A stretch of DNA of 64,000 bases from an uncultured Rickettsiaceae bacterium (GTDB taxonomy: Bacteria; Pseudomonadota; Alphaproteobacteria; Rickettsiales; Rickettsiaceae). The stretch's first letter is position 1; each line of letters begins with the position of its first letter. The notes beneath the pieces are model-generated. The model was not told the DNA's origin and did not search any database. It saw only the letters and a program-made list of their open reading frames with translations. Position numbers and translations under genes: made by a program. This document shows, in pieces, positions 39,197 through 51,090 of the stretch. The stretch covers positions 7,578 through 71,577 of the forward strand of contig CAJQOD010000006.1 in assembly GCA_905479865.1 (NCBI GenBank), written 5' to 3'.

Positions 39197-40435
39197 CTAA
39201 AATATATCATCTGTATGCATTTTTTCTTCTTCTTCAACACTATGCGGAAGAGGTAAGGGTTTCTCAAACCTTGCTATAAACGGCACTATTATTAAAAAAT
39301 GCAAAAAATAATAAAATGCTCCAATTCTACTTACAGTCAAGTACGGTTCTTCAGCAGGCTTACCGCCAACATAGCCTAGCACTAAGCAATCAATGACAAA
39401 TACCCAGAAGGCCCACTTATACATAGGTCTAAAGCTTGCGCTCCTGACTTTCGAGCGATCAAGCCAGGGCAGGAAGAACAGAATTATTATACTTCCAAAC
39501 ATTATCAAAACGCCACCAAGCTTTGATGGTACTGCACGCAAAATAGCATAAAATGGTAAGAAATACCATTCAGGCACAATATGAGGCGGCGTTACCATAG
39601 GATTAGCAGGTATGTAATTATCCGGGTGACCAAGAAGATTTGGTTTGTAAAAAATGAAATATGCAAAAATCAAAAGATAAACACCAAAGCCCACGAAATC
39701 TTTCACTGTATAATATGGATGGAAAGGGATCATATCCTCATTTTTGAGTTTTACTCCAGTGGGGTTATTTGACCCGTGCGTATGTAGCGACCAAATATGC
39801 AGTACAACTAGTGCAACAATAACAAATGGTAATAAATAATGCAGAGCAAAGAACCTGTTTAAGGTTGGATTGTCCACTGAAAACCCGCCCCAGAGCCAGG
39901 TTACAATGCTCTCACCAACCACTGGAATTGCTGAAAAGAGGTTAGTAATTACGGTTGCGCCCCAATAGCTCATTTGTCCCCAAGGTAAGACATAGCCCAT
40001 AAAAGCAGTAGCCATCATAACAAGAAATATGACTAGTCCAAGCTGCCATAATAATTCACGCGGAGTTTTGTATGATCCGTAATATAGACCTCTGAAAATA
40101 TGCAAATAAACTGCTACAAAGAACATTGATGATCCAACGGCATGCATATAGCGTATGAGCCAACCATAATTGACGTTACGCATTATTTTTTCAACGCTAT
40201 CAAATGCATGATCTACATGCGGAGTATAGTGCATGGCAAGTATGATGCCTGTAATTATCTGAATTACCAGAGCAATACCTGCTATAGATCCAAGACTCCA
40301 CCAATAGCTTAAATTTTTAGGTGTTTTATATTCTGAAAAATGACTCATCCAGGAAAATATAGGAAGTCTGTAGTCAATCCATGCGATGATACCACTTTTC
40401 GGTTTAGTTTTGTTTTCTGACTGTCTTGTATTCAT
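39197..40435 (-). CDS. petB: Cytochrome b
   Basis: [28 protein letters not shown]. Confidence 0.98.
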   Translation of the reverse strand: MNTRQSENKTKPKSGIIAWIDYRLPIFSWMSHFSEYKTPKNLSYWWSLGSIAGIALVIQIITGIILAMHYTPHVDHAFDSVEKIMRNVNYGWLIRYMHAVGSSMFFVAVYLHIFRGLYYGSYKTPRELLWQLGLVIFLVMMATAFMGYVLPWGQMSYWGATVITNLFSAIPVVGESIVTWLWGGFSVDNPTLNRFFALHYLLPFVIVALVVLHIWSLHTHGSNNPTGVKLKNEDMIPFHPYYTVKDFVGFGVYLLIFAYFIFYKPNLLGHPDNYIPANPMVTPPHIVPEWYFLPFYAILRAVPSKLGGVLIMFGSIIILFFLPWLDRSKVRSASFRPMYKWAFWVFVIDCLVLGYVGGKPAEEPYLTVSRIGAFYYFLHFLIIVPFIARFEKPLPLPHSVEEEEKMHTDDIF

Positions 40436-40437
40436 GC

Positions 40438-40974
40438 TTAGCCAATTCTAATTTTTGTGTCGGAAAGAAATTCATAAGGCGGCACAGCGAGGTTTAATGG
40501 TGCCGGTCCTCTCCTAATCCTGCCGGAAGTATCATAGTGAGATCCATGGCATGGGCAAAACCAACCGTCATAATCGCCTTTATTTGCAAGCGGTACACAA
40601 CCAAGATGAGTACATATACCAATTGTCACAAGCCATTTGGCATGATCTTCCTTGACTCTGGCAGAATCTGCTTCAGGGTCTTTAAGGTCTTTCATGGGAG
40701 TGTTTACGGCTTCATTAATCTGTACTTCTGTTCTATGTGTAATAAAAACCGGCTTGCCACGCCATTTGACAGTCTTGGTCTGACCAGGTTCAACACCAGA
40801 AATATCAACATCTATTGAAGATAAGGCCAGGATATCGGCTGAAGGGTTTAGAGAATCAACTAGAGGCCATGCTACGCATGCTGCCCCCACTGCTGTCATC
40901 CCGCTTGCTGTTAGGGTTACAAAGTCTCTGCGTGTTGTCTTGTCTGGATCATCTGGTAAAATATCGTCTGACAT
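40438..40974 (-). CDS. petA: Rieske iron-sulfur subunit of the bc1 complex
   Basis: Tat motif [18 protein letters not shown]. Confidence 0.98.
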   Translation of the reverse strand: MSDDILPDDPDKTTRRDFVTLTASGMTAVGAACVAWPLVDSLNPSADILALSSIDVDISGVEPGQTKTVKWRGKPVFITHRTEVQINEAVNTPMKDLKDPEADSARVKEDHAKWLVTIGICTHLGCVPLANKGDYDGWFCPCHGSHYDTSGRIRRGPAPLNLAVPPYEFLSDTKIRIG

Positions 40975-41079
40975 AATTACTTAATTTAAATTTTTGTTGT
41001 GAATTACCTTAATGTCAATGGAGTATTATATAGTCAGGATGTTACTTTGGCAATAATTTAAGTTTTTAGAAGCTATAAA

Positions 41080-41457
41080 TTATTCCGCATAAGGGTCTTG
41101 TTTTTGATCGTAATTATCAAAATCTAACAAATCATTCAAACCTTTTTCAAAATCTTTTTCTTCTTTTGTTGCTTCATAATTTGGCGGGTTTTGAAGGCAA
41201 TCCCAGAAATTACTCAAATTGGTAATTTTTGGCACGCAATATCTGGCTACGGATTTTGTATCTCTTAACGCTCTGGATACAACTTTCTCTGCTTCCTGTA
41301 ATACTCCTGCTTCAGTAAGCCCTTTGAATACCCAAAAAGTAACCACTACTGCAGCAACCATGACCATAATGTACCATTTGCTAAGTATACCATAGATAAA
41401 AAGAATCATTGGGCTTTTCAACAAAATTTTGAGCTTGCTAAAGAACATTGTGAGCAT
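41080..41457 (-). CDS. Rickettsiales-type hypothetical membrane protein (DUF2670-like)
   Basis: PM..F...I..KWY, KSVA..C..K, FW.CL..P pattern recalled from Rickettsia DUF2670. Confidence 0.7.
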   Translation of the reverse strand: MLTMFFSKLKILLKSPMILFIYGILSKWYIMVMVAAVVVTFWVFKGLTEAGVLQEAEKVVSRALRDTKSVARYCVPKITNLSNFWDCLQNPPNYEATKEEKDFEKGLNDLLDFDNYDQKQDPYAE

Positions 41458-41554
41458 TGCTTTTCTACAAATAAATATTAATTTCCATAAGTCATATTAA
41501 CCTATAGAATAGCTGCCAACAAACTTATTTGGGAGCAGCCATGCTATTTATAGT

Positions 41555-42193
41555 CTATATGTTGTAAATATTTTTAACTAGGTAACCGGATAAGTATAAA
41601 GCAGGGGGAATTATGACCAGGTTGATTCCAATCATTATAAAAAGTAAATGCAGTGCCTCTGTATTTTGAATAAGGATACCAGAGAGTATTATACTAGGTA
41701 TTATAAGCGGCATAATTAGTAGACTAAGGAAATTGGTGTTAGCACGGAAATACCCTTGTATTGCAGCAATTAGTATAATCAGGGCTGCGCTTAAAAATAA
41801 TAATATAAAGGCACTGGCAAGCACTAAAGCAAATGTAAGTATTTGTATATTGTATACTATGTATATCAAAGGAGCGGTTAAAGCAAAGCTTAAGCAGCAG
41901 CAAATACAAAGAGCAAAATATTTAGCAAGCACAATCTTGGTTGGTGAAAGTGAAGCTAGTAGCACTTCAAGCGTTCCATCTTCTATATCCGGCTTTATCA
42001 AGTGACCGGATAAACTTATGAAAGCTAGTGGAATACTAATGACAGAAAAAATAATGCCAAAAGTTTGAACATTTTCGTATGAATTAATTAAAGTAATACT
42101 GAGGCAGCAAAATATAAAAAATATTAAAGTGTATTTTGTTATATTATAAATTTTATTCTGAACAGTGAGTTCCTGGCAAATAAGTGTTTTCAT
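41555..42193 (-). CDS. ccmB: Heme exporter protein B
   Basis: D.EDGTLE.L, IVLAK, L.MPL.IP; adjacent to ccmA. Confidence 0.88.
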   Translation of the reverse strand: MKTLICQELTVQNKIYNITKYTLIFFIFCCLSITLINSYENVQTFGIIFSVISIPLAFISLSGHLIKPDIEDGTLEVLLASLSPTKIVLAKYFALCICCCLSFALTAPLIYIVYNIQILTFALVLASAFILLFLSAALIILIAAIQGYFRANTNFLSLLIMPLIIPSIILSGILIQNTEALHLLFIMIGINLVIIPPALYLSGYLVKNIYNI

Positions 42194-42807
42194 TATGTGC
42201 TTCCCTTATAGTCTGAAATATCGAGTATCTGGGCACTTTTGATTTCAGGCGAAGTATGACTTGCAATAAAAACAATTCCACCATTATCTGCGTGTGATAG
42301 TATAAGATTTAGTAGCAATTGTTTGTTAACAGAGTCCAGATTGGAGTCGACTTCATCAAGCAGCCATAATTTCGACTGACAGGCAACAAGCCGTGCCAGT
42401 GCAACTTTTTTTTGGTTTCCTGCTGACAGCTCATAGCATCTTTTATCAGCTACGTTCTGCAAGCAAAAATAGATAATAGCTGCATTAATAAGCTCTGCTG
42501 AATTATATATTTTTGACCAAAATTCCAGATTTTCTAGTACGGTCAGTTCCGGTTTTATAGCAAAATGGTGTCCTATATATGTACAATAAGGTTTAGCCAG
42601 ACTAGAAATAGGATGTGAATTTTTGCTAAAAGTAATGTTGCCATTGGTCGGTGTTTGGATACCGGCAAGCATTCGCAGTAATGATGTTTTCCCAGAGCCA
42701 TTCTGCCCTTTAAGGTATATTATCGAAGATGGCAGTAGGCTCATGGAAATATTTTTAAAAAGCTCTTGGCCTTCCAGGGTGAAACCTAATGAGTGTAAAG
42801 ATAGCAT
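42193..42807 (-). CDS. ccmA: Heme export ATP-binding protein
   Basis: G.NGSGKTSLLR.LAG, YIGH..AIK.ELTV.ENL.FW, LSAG, LWLLDE. Confidence 0.92.
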   Translation of the reverse strand: MLSLHSLGFTLEGQELFKNISMSLLPSSIIYLKGQNGSGKTSLLRMLAGIQTPTNGNITFSKNSHPISSLAKPYCTYIGHHFAIKPELTVLENLEFWSKIYNSAELINAAIIYFCLQNVADKRCYELSAGNQKKVALARLVACQSKLWLLDEVDSNLDSVNKQLLLNLILSHADNGGIVFIASHTSPEIKSAQILDISDYKGST

Positions 42808-42951
42808 TTTATAAAACTACTGGTAACTAATTTACTGTTAAAAACAATGAATTTACTTGTTCTTACTTTATAGTTTAATTACCATTAAAAGAAGTAAATA
42901 CCAAGATTATTAATTAATATTGGTTTCAATCTTTATTTTAAGAGTTTCTAT

Positions 42952-45627
42952 ATGTCAAGAAAATCAGAATCAAAATATGCTAAACATATAGACTTGGATG
43001 GTACCAGCTATACTATCTTTGATATTAGGGAAGCAGCAGCGGATTGTGACTTTGAGTTGGAAAAGCTGCCATATAGCCTAAGAGTGCTTTTTGAAAACGT
43101 GGTTCGTAATGGACATGGTGGCGTTGACACGATGAATGTGTTTAAGGAATGGCTTAAGAATAAAACTTCCAAAGATGAAATTAACTACATGCCTGCGCGC
43201 GTTTTGATGCAGGATTTTACAGGAGTGCCTGCTATTGTAGACTTAGCTTCCATGCGTGATGCAATGAAAGTTCTAGGTGATAGCCCACGTAAAATTAATC
43301 CAATGATTCCAGTTGATTTAGTCATCGACCATTCAGTACAGGTTGACTCTTATGGTACGAAATCGTCTTTTGCTGAGAATGTGCAAAAAGAAGTGGAGAG
43401 GAATAAAGAACGCTATCAATTCTTGAAATGGGGGCAGAATAGTTTTCGTAATTTTAGAGTAGTTCCTCCAGGTACAGGAATTTGTCATCAGGTTAACCTG
43501 GAGTATTTGGCTCAAACTATACATATAGAAGAAAGAGAAGAAGGGAATTTAGTATATCCCGATACGCTAGTTGGAACAGATAGCCACACTACAATGATTA
43601 ATGCTCTTGCGGTATTAGGTTGGGGTGTTGGAGGTATTGAGGCAGAGGCTGCAATGCTTGGTCAGCCACTACCCATGATTCTTCCTGAAGTGATTGGTTT
43701 TAAACTTACAGGTACAATGGAAAATACAATTACTGCAACTGACCTCGTGCTGACAGTAACGCAGATGCTTCGCCAAAAAGGCGTGGTTGGTAAATTCGTT
43801 GAGTTTTTTGGTTCGGGAGTTGAAAATCTTTCGCTTGCTGACCGGGCAACTATCTCAAATATGGCTCCTGAGTATGGAGCAACCTGTGGATTCTTTCCAA
43901 TTGATTACGAAACCTTGAAATATCTAAGATTCACCGGTAGAGACGAGCATAAGGTCAAAGTTGTGGAAGAATATGCAAAAATGCAGGGAATGTGGAGAGT
44001 TGCCAATGTTCCAGAATATACTGATATATTGGAGCTGGACATGACGACGCTTGAGCCATCACTGGCAGGTCCAAAGCGTCCACAAGATCGTGTGAGTTTA
44101 TCTGATATGCAGAATAATTTTAAAGATGAGCTTCCAGGTTTAGCGGGTGCAGATGCGGATATTACTAAAAAACATCAAATAGCTGACAGTGATCCATTCT
44201 CTATTGGTCATGGAGATGTAGTAATTGCGGCAATCACCAGCTGTACGAACACTTCAAATCCTTCTGTGATGATTGCAGCAGCTATTGTAGCGAAGAAGGC
44301 TAGTGATCTGGATATCACAGTAAAACCATGGGTAAAAACTTCATTAGCTCCAGGGTCAAAAGTCGTTACAGAATACTTAAATAAAAGCGGGTTAGACCAA
44401 TATCTTAATAATTTAGGCTTCAATTTAGTTGGCTATGGATGTACTACCTGTATCGGTAATTCTGGCCCCCTTGCGCCTGCCATTGATCAAATAATTAGGA
44501 ACAAGCAGCTTGCAGTTGTTTCAGTGTTGTCTGGTAATAGAAATTTTGAGGGCAGGATACATCCGCATGTAAGAGCTAATTATCTTGCTTCGCCTCCGCT
44601 TGTTGTTGCTTATGCTCTAGCTGGTACGGTTAATATTGATTTAGACAAGGATCCAATTGCACAGAACGAAGATGGTAAAGATATCTATTTAAAGGATATT
44701 TGGCCAACTCGCATGGAAATTCAGGAATATATGGAATCCTGTATTACTCCCCAGATGTTTGCAGAAAAATATCAGGATGTATTTAACGGGGATGAAAATT
44801 GGCAAAACATCGTTGCTACGGAGAGTGAGACTTATGACTGGCAAAAATCCAGCACATATATAAATAATCCTCCATATTTTGATGATATAGATAAGCCTAA
44901 AAAGGCACTTGCTAATATTGAAGGCGCACGTTTACTTGCTTTGTTCGGTGATTCCATTACCACAGACCATATCTCGCCAGCAGGTACGATTAGCAGGGCA
45001 AGTCCGGCTGCTCAATTTTTGATGGATCAAGGTGTATCTTCTACGGGTTTCAATTCTTACGGTTCAAGACGCGGGAATCATGAAGTAATGATGCGTGGCA
45101 CTTTTGCAAATGTTAGAATTAAAAATCAGCTTTGTAAGGGAGTAGAAGGTGGTGTAACCATCAACCACTTCACAAAGGAACAGATGAGTATATATGATGC
45201 GGCTATGGATTACAAAAAGCGGTCTGTACCATTGGTGATTTTTGCAGGCAAGGAATATGGAACGGGTTCATCAAGAGATTGGGCAGCAAAAGGTACGAAT
45301 TTACTTGGTGTAAAGGCGGTTATAGCTAAAAGTTTTGAGCGTATTCATCGCTCGAATTTACTTGGTATGGGAGTATTGCCTATAGCATTTAATGCCAATA
45401 TGACCTGGCAGAGTTTGAACTTGAAGGGTAATGAAGAAATTAGCATCTTGGGAATCAGTGATGATATTAAACCATATCAGCAGCTGCAATGTTCTATAAA
45501 AACAAGTGGTGGTGATAATAAAGCTATTGATGTTACATTACAGGTTTATACTGATAATGAAATAGAATATATTAAGCATGGTAGTATACTTGGAGCGGTA
45601 ATAAAAAATCTTATTAACAATAAATAA
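42952..45627 (+). CDS. acnA: Aconitate hydratase A
   Basis: QDFTGVP, DSHTTM, SCTNTSNP, GCTTCIGNSG, GSSRDWAAKG. Confidence 0.98.
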   Translation: MSRKSESKYAKHIDLDGTSYTIFDIREAAADCDFELEKLPYSLRVLFENVVRNGHGGVDTMNVFKEWLKNKTSKDEINYMPARVLMQDFTGVPAIVDLASMRDAMKVLGDSPRKINPMIPVDLVIDHSVQVDSYGTKSSFAENVQKEVERNKERYQFLKWGQNSFRNFRVVPPGTGICHQVNLEYLAQTIHIEEREEGNLVYPDTLVGTDSHTTMINALAVLGWGVGGIEAEAAMLGQPLPMILPEVIGFKLTGTMENTITATDLVLTVTQMLRQKGVVGKFVEFFGSGVENLSLADRATISNMAPEYGATCGFFPIDYETLKYLRFTGRDEHKVKVVEEYAKMQGMWRVANVPEYTDILELDMTTLEPSLAGPKRPQDRVSLSDMQNNFKDELPGLAGADADITKKHQIADSDPFSIGHGDVVIAAITSCTNTSNPSVMIAAAIVAKKASDLDITVKPWVKTSLAPGSKVVTEYLNKSGLDQYLNNLGFNLVGYGCTTCIGNSGPLAPAIDQIIRNKQLAVVSVLSGNRNFEGRIHPHVRANYLASPPLVVAYALAGTVNIDLDKDPIAQNEDGKDIYLKDIWPTRMEIQEYMESCITPQMFAEKYQDVFNGDENWQNIVATESETYDWQKSSTYINNPPYFDDIDKPKKALANIEGARLLALFGDSITTDHISPAGTISRASPAAQFLMDQGVSSTGFNSYGSRRGNHEVMMRGTFANVRIKNQLCKGVEGGVTINHFTKEQMSIYDAAMDYKKRSVPLVIFAGKEYGTGSSRDWAAKGTNLLGVKAVIAKSFERIHRSNLLGMGVLPIAFNANMTWQSLNLKGNEEISILGISDDIKPYQQLQCSIKTSGGDNKAIDVTLQVYTDNEIEYIKHGSILGAVIKNLINNK

Positions 45628-45632
45628 TAACT

Positions 45633-45989
45633 ATGAGTGATGATATCAAAGAGTATTTAGACCCAGGGAAAAAGAATCTGATTTTAATATACGTACTTTA
45701 TTTATGTGGAATAATTATTCCTATATTGCCGATTATTGGGGCAGTATTTGCTTTTGCTAATAAAAATCACAAGAATGAGTTGTGGAGAAATCATTATATC
45801 TTTGCCTTTAGAACCTTCTGTTTTGGTATATTGGGAGCATTTGTTGCAATGATTACAACTTTTATTTTTATTGGGCCGATTCTCTATATGCTAGTATTCA
45901 TCTGGTTTGTTGTACGCAGTATTGTAGCGATGCAATATTTACTGGAAGGAGTATCACACCCAAATCCGTTAACTTTTTGGATTAAATAA
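45633..45989 (+). CDS. DUF4870-like small membrane protein
   Basis: IYVLYL, IG.VFA, HY.F..RTF, W...RS; ends PNP.TFWI. Confidence 0.75.
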   Translation: MSDDIKEYLDPGKKNLILIYVLYLCGIIIPILPIIGAVFAFANKNHKNELWRNHYIFAFRTFCFGILGAFVAMITTFIFIGPILYMLVFIWFVVRSIVAMQYLLEGVSHPNPLTFWIK

Positions 45990-46155
45990 TACTTAACATT
46001 TTTTAATTTATAATAAGTTTTTTGAGTTAAGAAATATTAAGTACAAGTTATACTACTGTATAAAATTATACTTAAACTCATTATCTTATTCTATCTCTTA
46101 AAACTAAAGTAAGCGTTTTGATATCCATACCTGTCTTAGGCTTGAATTTCAAACG

Positions 46156-46919
46156 TTAAATCAAGTCTTCAATACCATCATGATTATTAAAAATATCTTC
46201 ACCTAAGATATCAACTACTGGAAAGTCAAATTCACTTCCTCCAAGAAGTTCTTCAGATTCTTTTGATAATGTCTCTGACCATTGTGATGAATGAGATTGT
46301 CATTCTCATCAAAGCTGCTAACATCAAAGCTGGCATACTCAGTATCAATTATAAATATGATTCCATCATCATCTTGTTCCCTTAAATTATATGAACAGAC
46401 AAAGTCACCAAATCCAGTATATTTTGTTATATTTAGTTTCTCTTCATATTTGGTACTAAATTTATCAATTTTTGGTTTTTTATCTCCAACATATTTAGAA
46501 TATGACACAATGTCCTCAGATATAATCACAGGAATACTTACCAAAGGGCATTCCTCGGATTTTTGTATTTGAACTGTAATCTCTTTTTTGGATTCATTGT
46601 TAAAAGCAAATTTTGTTTCAGCTGTTTTCCATTCGGGATACATTCCCTGAAGTTGAAGTTGTCGATTCAAGTAAAAATTTCCTATAATACGTCCTATTCC
46701 CTCGTTATGATCTTAAACCCAAACAGTGTTATCTTGCAATTTTATAGTAACAAACTCTCTTTCTCCATCTGAAGTAAGTTTTTGGTCTTCGGATATATCT
46801 TCCTGTTTAATTAGTTTATCACTAGTTAAAACTTCAGATAGAAAAGACTTTATCGCAGCTTTTGCCTTTTTTTTACTCATTCCATCTTTTATTGGTGTAA
46901 TTTCATTAATTTTACTCAT
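46156..46919 (-). pseudogene. Disrupted hypothetical gene (in-frame TAA plus probable frameshift)
   Basis: ORFs 46713-46919 and 46215-46670 share one frame, separated by a single TAA; an acidic tail continues in another frame to TAA at 46156. Confidence 0.6.
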
Positions 46920-47207
46920 TGTATCATCTTTAAATTTTATTAACTAGTATTTGCATTATGTAGAAAATATTGAGAAATAATATAGGGGAATTTCACCTAG
47001 GGGGTTACCTAGAAGTATTTTGCTGTGGTAATATAATCTGGAAATGTCTAGTAAAAGTCTATATGTATCAGTATTTGGATAGCATAAAATTAACTAAAGA
47101 ACTGCTTCAAAGTTAGTTTTCCATTAGTTTTATGAATTTAGGAAAGCAAAATTTATACTATAACTTAATATTCATATTATATAAGTTAAGTTTTTTTTAT
47201 TTAACAC

Positions 47208-49274
47208 TTACTTTCCAAACACATTAGTAATAAAGACTAAATCTTCAGCAGCTTCTTTCAAATAATCGAATCTACCTGATGCTCCACCGTGGCCAAAACT
47301 CATGTTAGTTTTGTATAATAACAGGTTATTATCAAGTTTGTGATCACGAAGTTTTGCTACCCATTTTGCCGCTTCCCAGTATCCAACGCGTGGGTCGGAA
47401 AGTCCAGCCGTTACAAACAAATGCGGATAATTTTGAGCTGATACATTATCATAAGGAGAATAGGATTTCATATATTCAAAATATTCTTTATCTTTTGGGT
47501 TGCCCCATTCTTTATACTCACTTGGGGTAAGAGGTAAATCGCCATCAAGCATGGTATTTAACACATCAACAAATGGTACGTGAGCAATTGCTGCTTTAAA
47601 TAATTCAGGTCTCTGATTAATTACATTACCAATTAGCATCCCTCCGGCGCTTCCACCCATTATGACAATATTACCCTTTGAAGTATATTTATCTGCAATG
47701 AGTTTTTCTGCTACTGCAATAAAGTCGCTGAAAGTACGTTTCTTAGTTAAGAACTTGGCTGCCTCATACCAGTCATGTCCCAGATCATCACCACCTCTAA
47801 TATGGGCAATTGCATAGACAAAACCCCGATCTATCAGCGAGATAGCTGAATTTCTGAATGCTGGAGGCACGCTCATGCCGTATGAACCGTAACCATAAAG
47901 ATAGAGAGGATTTGAACCATCTTTCTTAAATAGTGATTTTTTATAAAAAAGACTGATCGGTACTTGTACGCCATCAGTACTAGCAAATATTCTTTTTACT
48001 TCATATTCATCAGGATTAAATCCGCTTGGAATTTCCTGAACTTTAAGTGTAGTTAATTTATCCGTATCAAAATCATAGCTATATACGGTACCTGGTCTTG
48101 CAAGCGAAGAATAGTCTACTCTAATATCATCTTCTTCAAAATTAGACCCATAAATACCGGCTGTATAGGCACTTTCAGGAAATTTAAGAGTATGCTCAGA
48201 ATCATCTTTAAAGTCTCTGACTATAGCTTCATCCAAGCCTTTAACTTTATAATTCAGCAATAAATAATTCCTTGTTATATCAAAGCTGGATAAATAACTA
48301 TCCTGTTTTTCTGCGATATAGGTTTGCCAGGATGTGTCTGATAAATAACCGTTTGATTCAGTTCTTAATATATGAAAATTTTTAGCTCCGTCATTGGTGC
48401 TTTTATAAAAATACCCGGCATTATGATCTACCGAATATAAAATATTGTCTTTACGTTTATTTATTAGCTTTGTGGTAAGAGTTTTATCCTGCATATCAAT
48501 GTAATACATCTCATTACTGTCATGCCCGCTGATATTGATGAAAATATACTGCCTGCTTGATGCTTTTGATGCAGACACAAAGTAAAGCGGATTTTTCTCG
48601 TGCAATATCAACTTGTCATCTTTTACCTCAGTACCTAACTTATGAAATTTGACTTTATCATGCCGCCATTTCTCGTCAGTTGGGGAGTAGAAAAAACCAT
48701 CCAGCGTTTCGTGCCAGACAATTGCTCCAATAGTATCAGTAATTTCATCTTTTAAGAATTGCCTGCTTTCCAAATTGTAGATTTTTATGGTATATTTTTC
48801 TCCACCGGTAAAATCTACCGAATATGCCATGAACTTATGATCTGGGCTAATGGAAAATGCTCCAAGAGCAGTATATTCTTTACCTTTAGCTAATTCATTT
48901 ACATCAAGTAGAATTTCTTCTTCAGCTTCAGTAGAATTTTTTTTCCTGCAATATATGGTGTAATCTTTATCTGCTTCTGTCCTGGTGTAGTAGTAAAAAT
49001 TATCTTTTTTAGTATAGGTTGATTGATCAGCTAATTTGATGCGCCCTTTTAACTCCTCAAAAAACTCATGCTTTTTTTCCTTAAGGGGAGTGATATAATT
49101 CTCAAAATATTTATTTTCTTCTTCCAGGTATGCAATCACTTTTTTATCAGTGATTTTTTCCGGCCATCCCTCGGCTCTAAGCCATGCATATTCATCCTGA
49201 ATTTTAGTTCCGTGCATTTCAAATTCATAAGGTACTTTTTTTGCAATAGGTGAGGGTGTTTGTTCCGGTTTCAT
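47208..49274 (-). CDS. ptrB: Oligopeptidase B (S9A)
   Basis: D.YAWLR, YGYGSYG, GGSAGG, DPRV.YWE.AKW, GHGG. Confidence 0.96.
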   Translation of the reverse strand: MKPEQTPSPIAKKVPYEFEMHGTKIQDEYAWLRAEGWPEKITDKKVIAYLEEENKYFENYITPLKEKKHEFFEELKGRIKLADQSTYTKKDNFYYYTRTEADKDYTIYCRKKNSTEAEEEILLDVNELAKGKEYTALGAFSISPDHKFMAYSVDFTGGEKYTIKIYNLESRQFLKDEITDTIGAIVWHETLDGFFYSPTDEKWRHDKVKFHKLGTEVKDDKLILHEKNPLYFVSASKASSRQYIFINISGHDSNEMYYIDMQDKTLTTKLINKRKDNILYSVDHNAGYFYKSTNDGAKNFHILRTESNGYLSDTSWQTYIAEKQDSYLSSFDITRNYLLLNYKVKGLDEAIVRDFKDDSEHTLKFPESAYTAGIYGSNFEEDDIRVDYSSLARPGTVYSYDFDTDKLTTLKVQEIPSGFNPDEYEVKRIFASTDGVQVPISLFYKKSLFKKDGSNPLYLYGYGSYGMSVPPAFRNSAISLIDRGFVYAIAHIRGGDDLGHDWYEAAKFLTKKRTFSDFIAVAEKLIADKYTSKGNIVIMGGSAGGMLIGNVINQRPELFKAAIAHVPFVDVLNTMLDGDLPLTPSEYKEWGNPKDKEYFEYMKSYSPYDNVSAQNYPHLFVTAGLSDPRVGYWEAAKWVAKLRDHKLDNNLLLYKTNMSFGHGGASGRFDYLKEAAEDLVFITNVFGK

Positions 49275-49336
49275 TTGATCTCCTTGTAAAAAAACATTGA
49301 TATTATTATAAGTAATATTTTCATACCATATATTTT

Positions 49337-49789
49337 TTAATGGTTTTTTATTTTACTAATAAATTTTGCAAAATCCTGTACTGTTGCAAAATCCTTGTAT
49401 ACAGACGCAAACCTGATATAAGCTACTTGATCAATTTTTGCCAGTTCCTGCATAATCAATTTACCAATCATGCGTGAGTTGATTTCTCTGGAGCTGGAGC
49501 TTTCCAGTTCAACTACTATCTTGTCGGTAAATTTATCAACTTGCTGGTCTGTAAAATTTCTTTTCCTAAGTGCCGTTGCAATGGATTTGAATATTTTAGT
49601 GCGGTCAAACGGACGTTTTGACCCTGTTCTTTTAACTACTACTAATTCTCTGGTCTGGATACGCTCAAAAGTTGTGAAGCGCCCACTACAATTGCCACAA
49701 TATCTGCGGCGGCGAATAACTCTATTTTCGTCGGTATTTCTTGAATCTTTAACAGAAATATCTACTGATTTACAAAACGGACACTGCAT
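49337..49789 (-). CDS. nrdR: Transcriptional repressor NrdR
   Basis: CPFC, VKDSR, RRRR.C..C..RFTTFER, VAYIRFASVY. Confidence 0.97.
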   Translation of the reverse strand: MQCPFCKSVDISVKDSRNTDENRVIRRRRYCGNCSGRFTTFERIQTRELVVVKRTGSKRPFDRTKIFKSIATALRKRNFTDQQVDKFTDKIVVELESSSSREINSRMIGKLIMQELAKIDQVAYIRFASVYKDFATVQDFAKFISKIKNH

Positions 49790-49795
49790 ATAAGC

Positions 49796-51058
49796 CTAAC
49801 CATATATTGGAAATTTGGCAGTAAGCTCTATTACTTTAGTAAATACTTGCTGTTCTATCTGCGCATTATCTTCAGATTCTTTTAAACCGTCAAGTACATC
49901 AGCAATTAAATTACCGGTAATCTGGAATTCCTGTGTGCCAAAGCCTCTTGTCGTACATGCCGGTGTGCCAAGTCGTACGCCTGAAGTAACAAAGGGGGAT
50001 GTATCATCAAATGGTACAGTATTCTTATTTGAAGTTATGCCAGCTCTATCTAGTGATTCTGATGCCAGTTTACCGGTTATACCTTGCTTCCTGAGATCAA
50101 GAACTATTATATGATTCGATGTGCCGCCCGTTAATATATCATAGCCTCTATCCTGAAGAGTTTTCCCCAGCATCTTTGCATTGGTAATCACCTGCTTGAT
50201 ATATGCTATATAATTAGCACTCAAAGCCTCTTTGAATGCTACAGCTTTTGCCGCAATAACATGCATCAGAGGTCCTCCCTGCAAGCCCGGGAAAACAGCT
50301 TTATTCAGTAGCTTACCGATCTCATCATCATCAGAAATAATAATACCGCCTCTTGGTCCTCTTAATGTTTTATGTGTAGTTGAAGTTGCAACATGTGCAT
50401 GTGGAAACGGGCTAGGGTGTTGCCCAGCTGCAATAATCCCTGCGATATGAGCAATATCCGCCATAAAATAAGCACCGACTTTGTCAGCTATTGCCCTGAA
50501 ACGTGCAAAATCCAATTCCTGTGTATAAGCAGAAAAACCGGTAATAATAAGTTTTGGTTTATGCTCCAGTGCCAAGCGTTCAACTTCACCATAGTCAATC
50601 AGGTGTGTTTTGGGATCAACATTATAAAACACCGGATTAAACCATTTTCCCGAGATGTTTGGTGCAGCTCCGTGCGTTAAATGTCCTCCACAATCAAGAG
50701 ACATACCAAGTATAGTATCGCCTGGCTCTATGAGCGCAAGATACACTGCCTGATTTGCCTGAGACCCTGAATGGGGTTGTACGTTAGCATAAGAACAATT
50801 AAATAACTTTTTTAGCCTGTCTCTGGCTAGATTTTCTACCTTGTCAACTTCATCACAACCACAATAATATCTTTTCCCCGGATAACCTTCTGCATATTTA
50901 TTTGTCATGAGCGATCCTTGAGCTTCCATAACAGCTTTGCTGGTAAAATTCTCAGATGCAATGAGTTCGATATATTTTTCCTGCCTATTCTGTTCTAGTT
51001 TGATGGCTTCTTGAATTTCAGAATCTGACGCTTTCAGTGTTTGATTGATTTTGTTCAT
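49796..51058 (-). CDS. glyA: Serine hydroxymethyltransferase
   Basis: [29 protein letters not shown]. Confidence 0.98.
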   Translation of the reverse strand: MNKINQTLKASDSEIQEAIKLEQNRQEKYIELIASENFTSKAVMEAQGSLMTNKYAEGYPGKRYYCGCDEVDKVENLARDRLKKLFNCSYANVQPHSGSQANQAVYLALIEPGDTILGMSLDCGGHLTHGAAPNISGKWFNPVFYNVDPKTHLIDYGEVERLALEHKPKLIITGFSAYTQELDFARFRAIADKVGAYFMADIAHIAGIIAAGQHPSPFPHAHVATSTTHKTLRGPRGGIIISDDDEIGKLLNKAVFPGLQGGPLMHVIAAKAVAFKEALSANYIAYIKQVITNAKMLGKTLQDRGYDILTGGTSNHIIVLDLRKQGITGKLASESLDRAGITSNKNTVPFDDTSPFVTSGVRLGTPACTTRGFGTQEFQITGNLIADVLDGLKESEDNAQIEQQVFTKVIELTAKFPIYG

Positions 51059-51090
51059 TTATTACCTCATAATTTAAAGTTAACAGTTTT

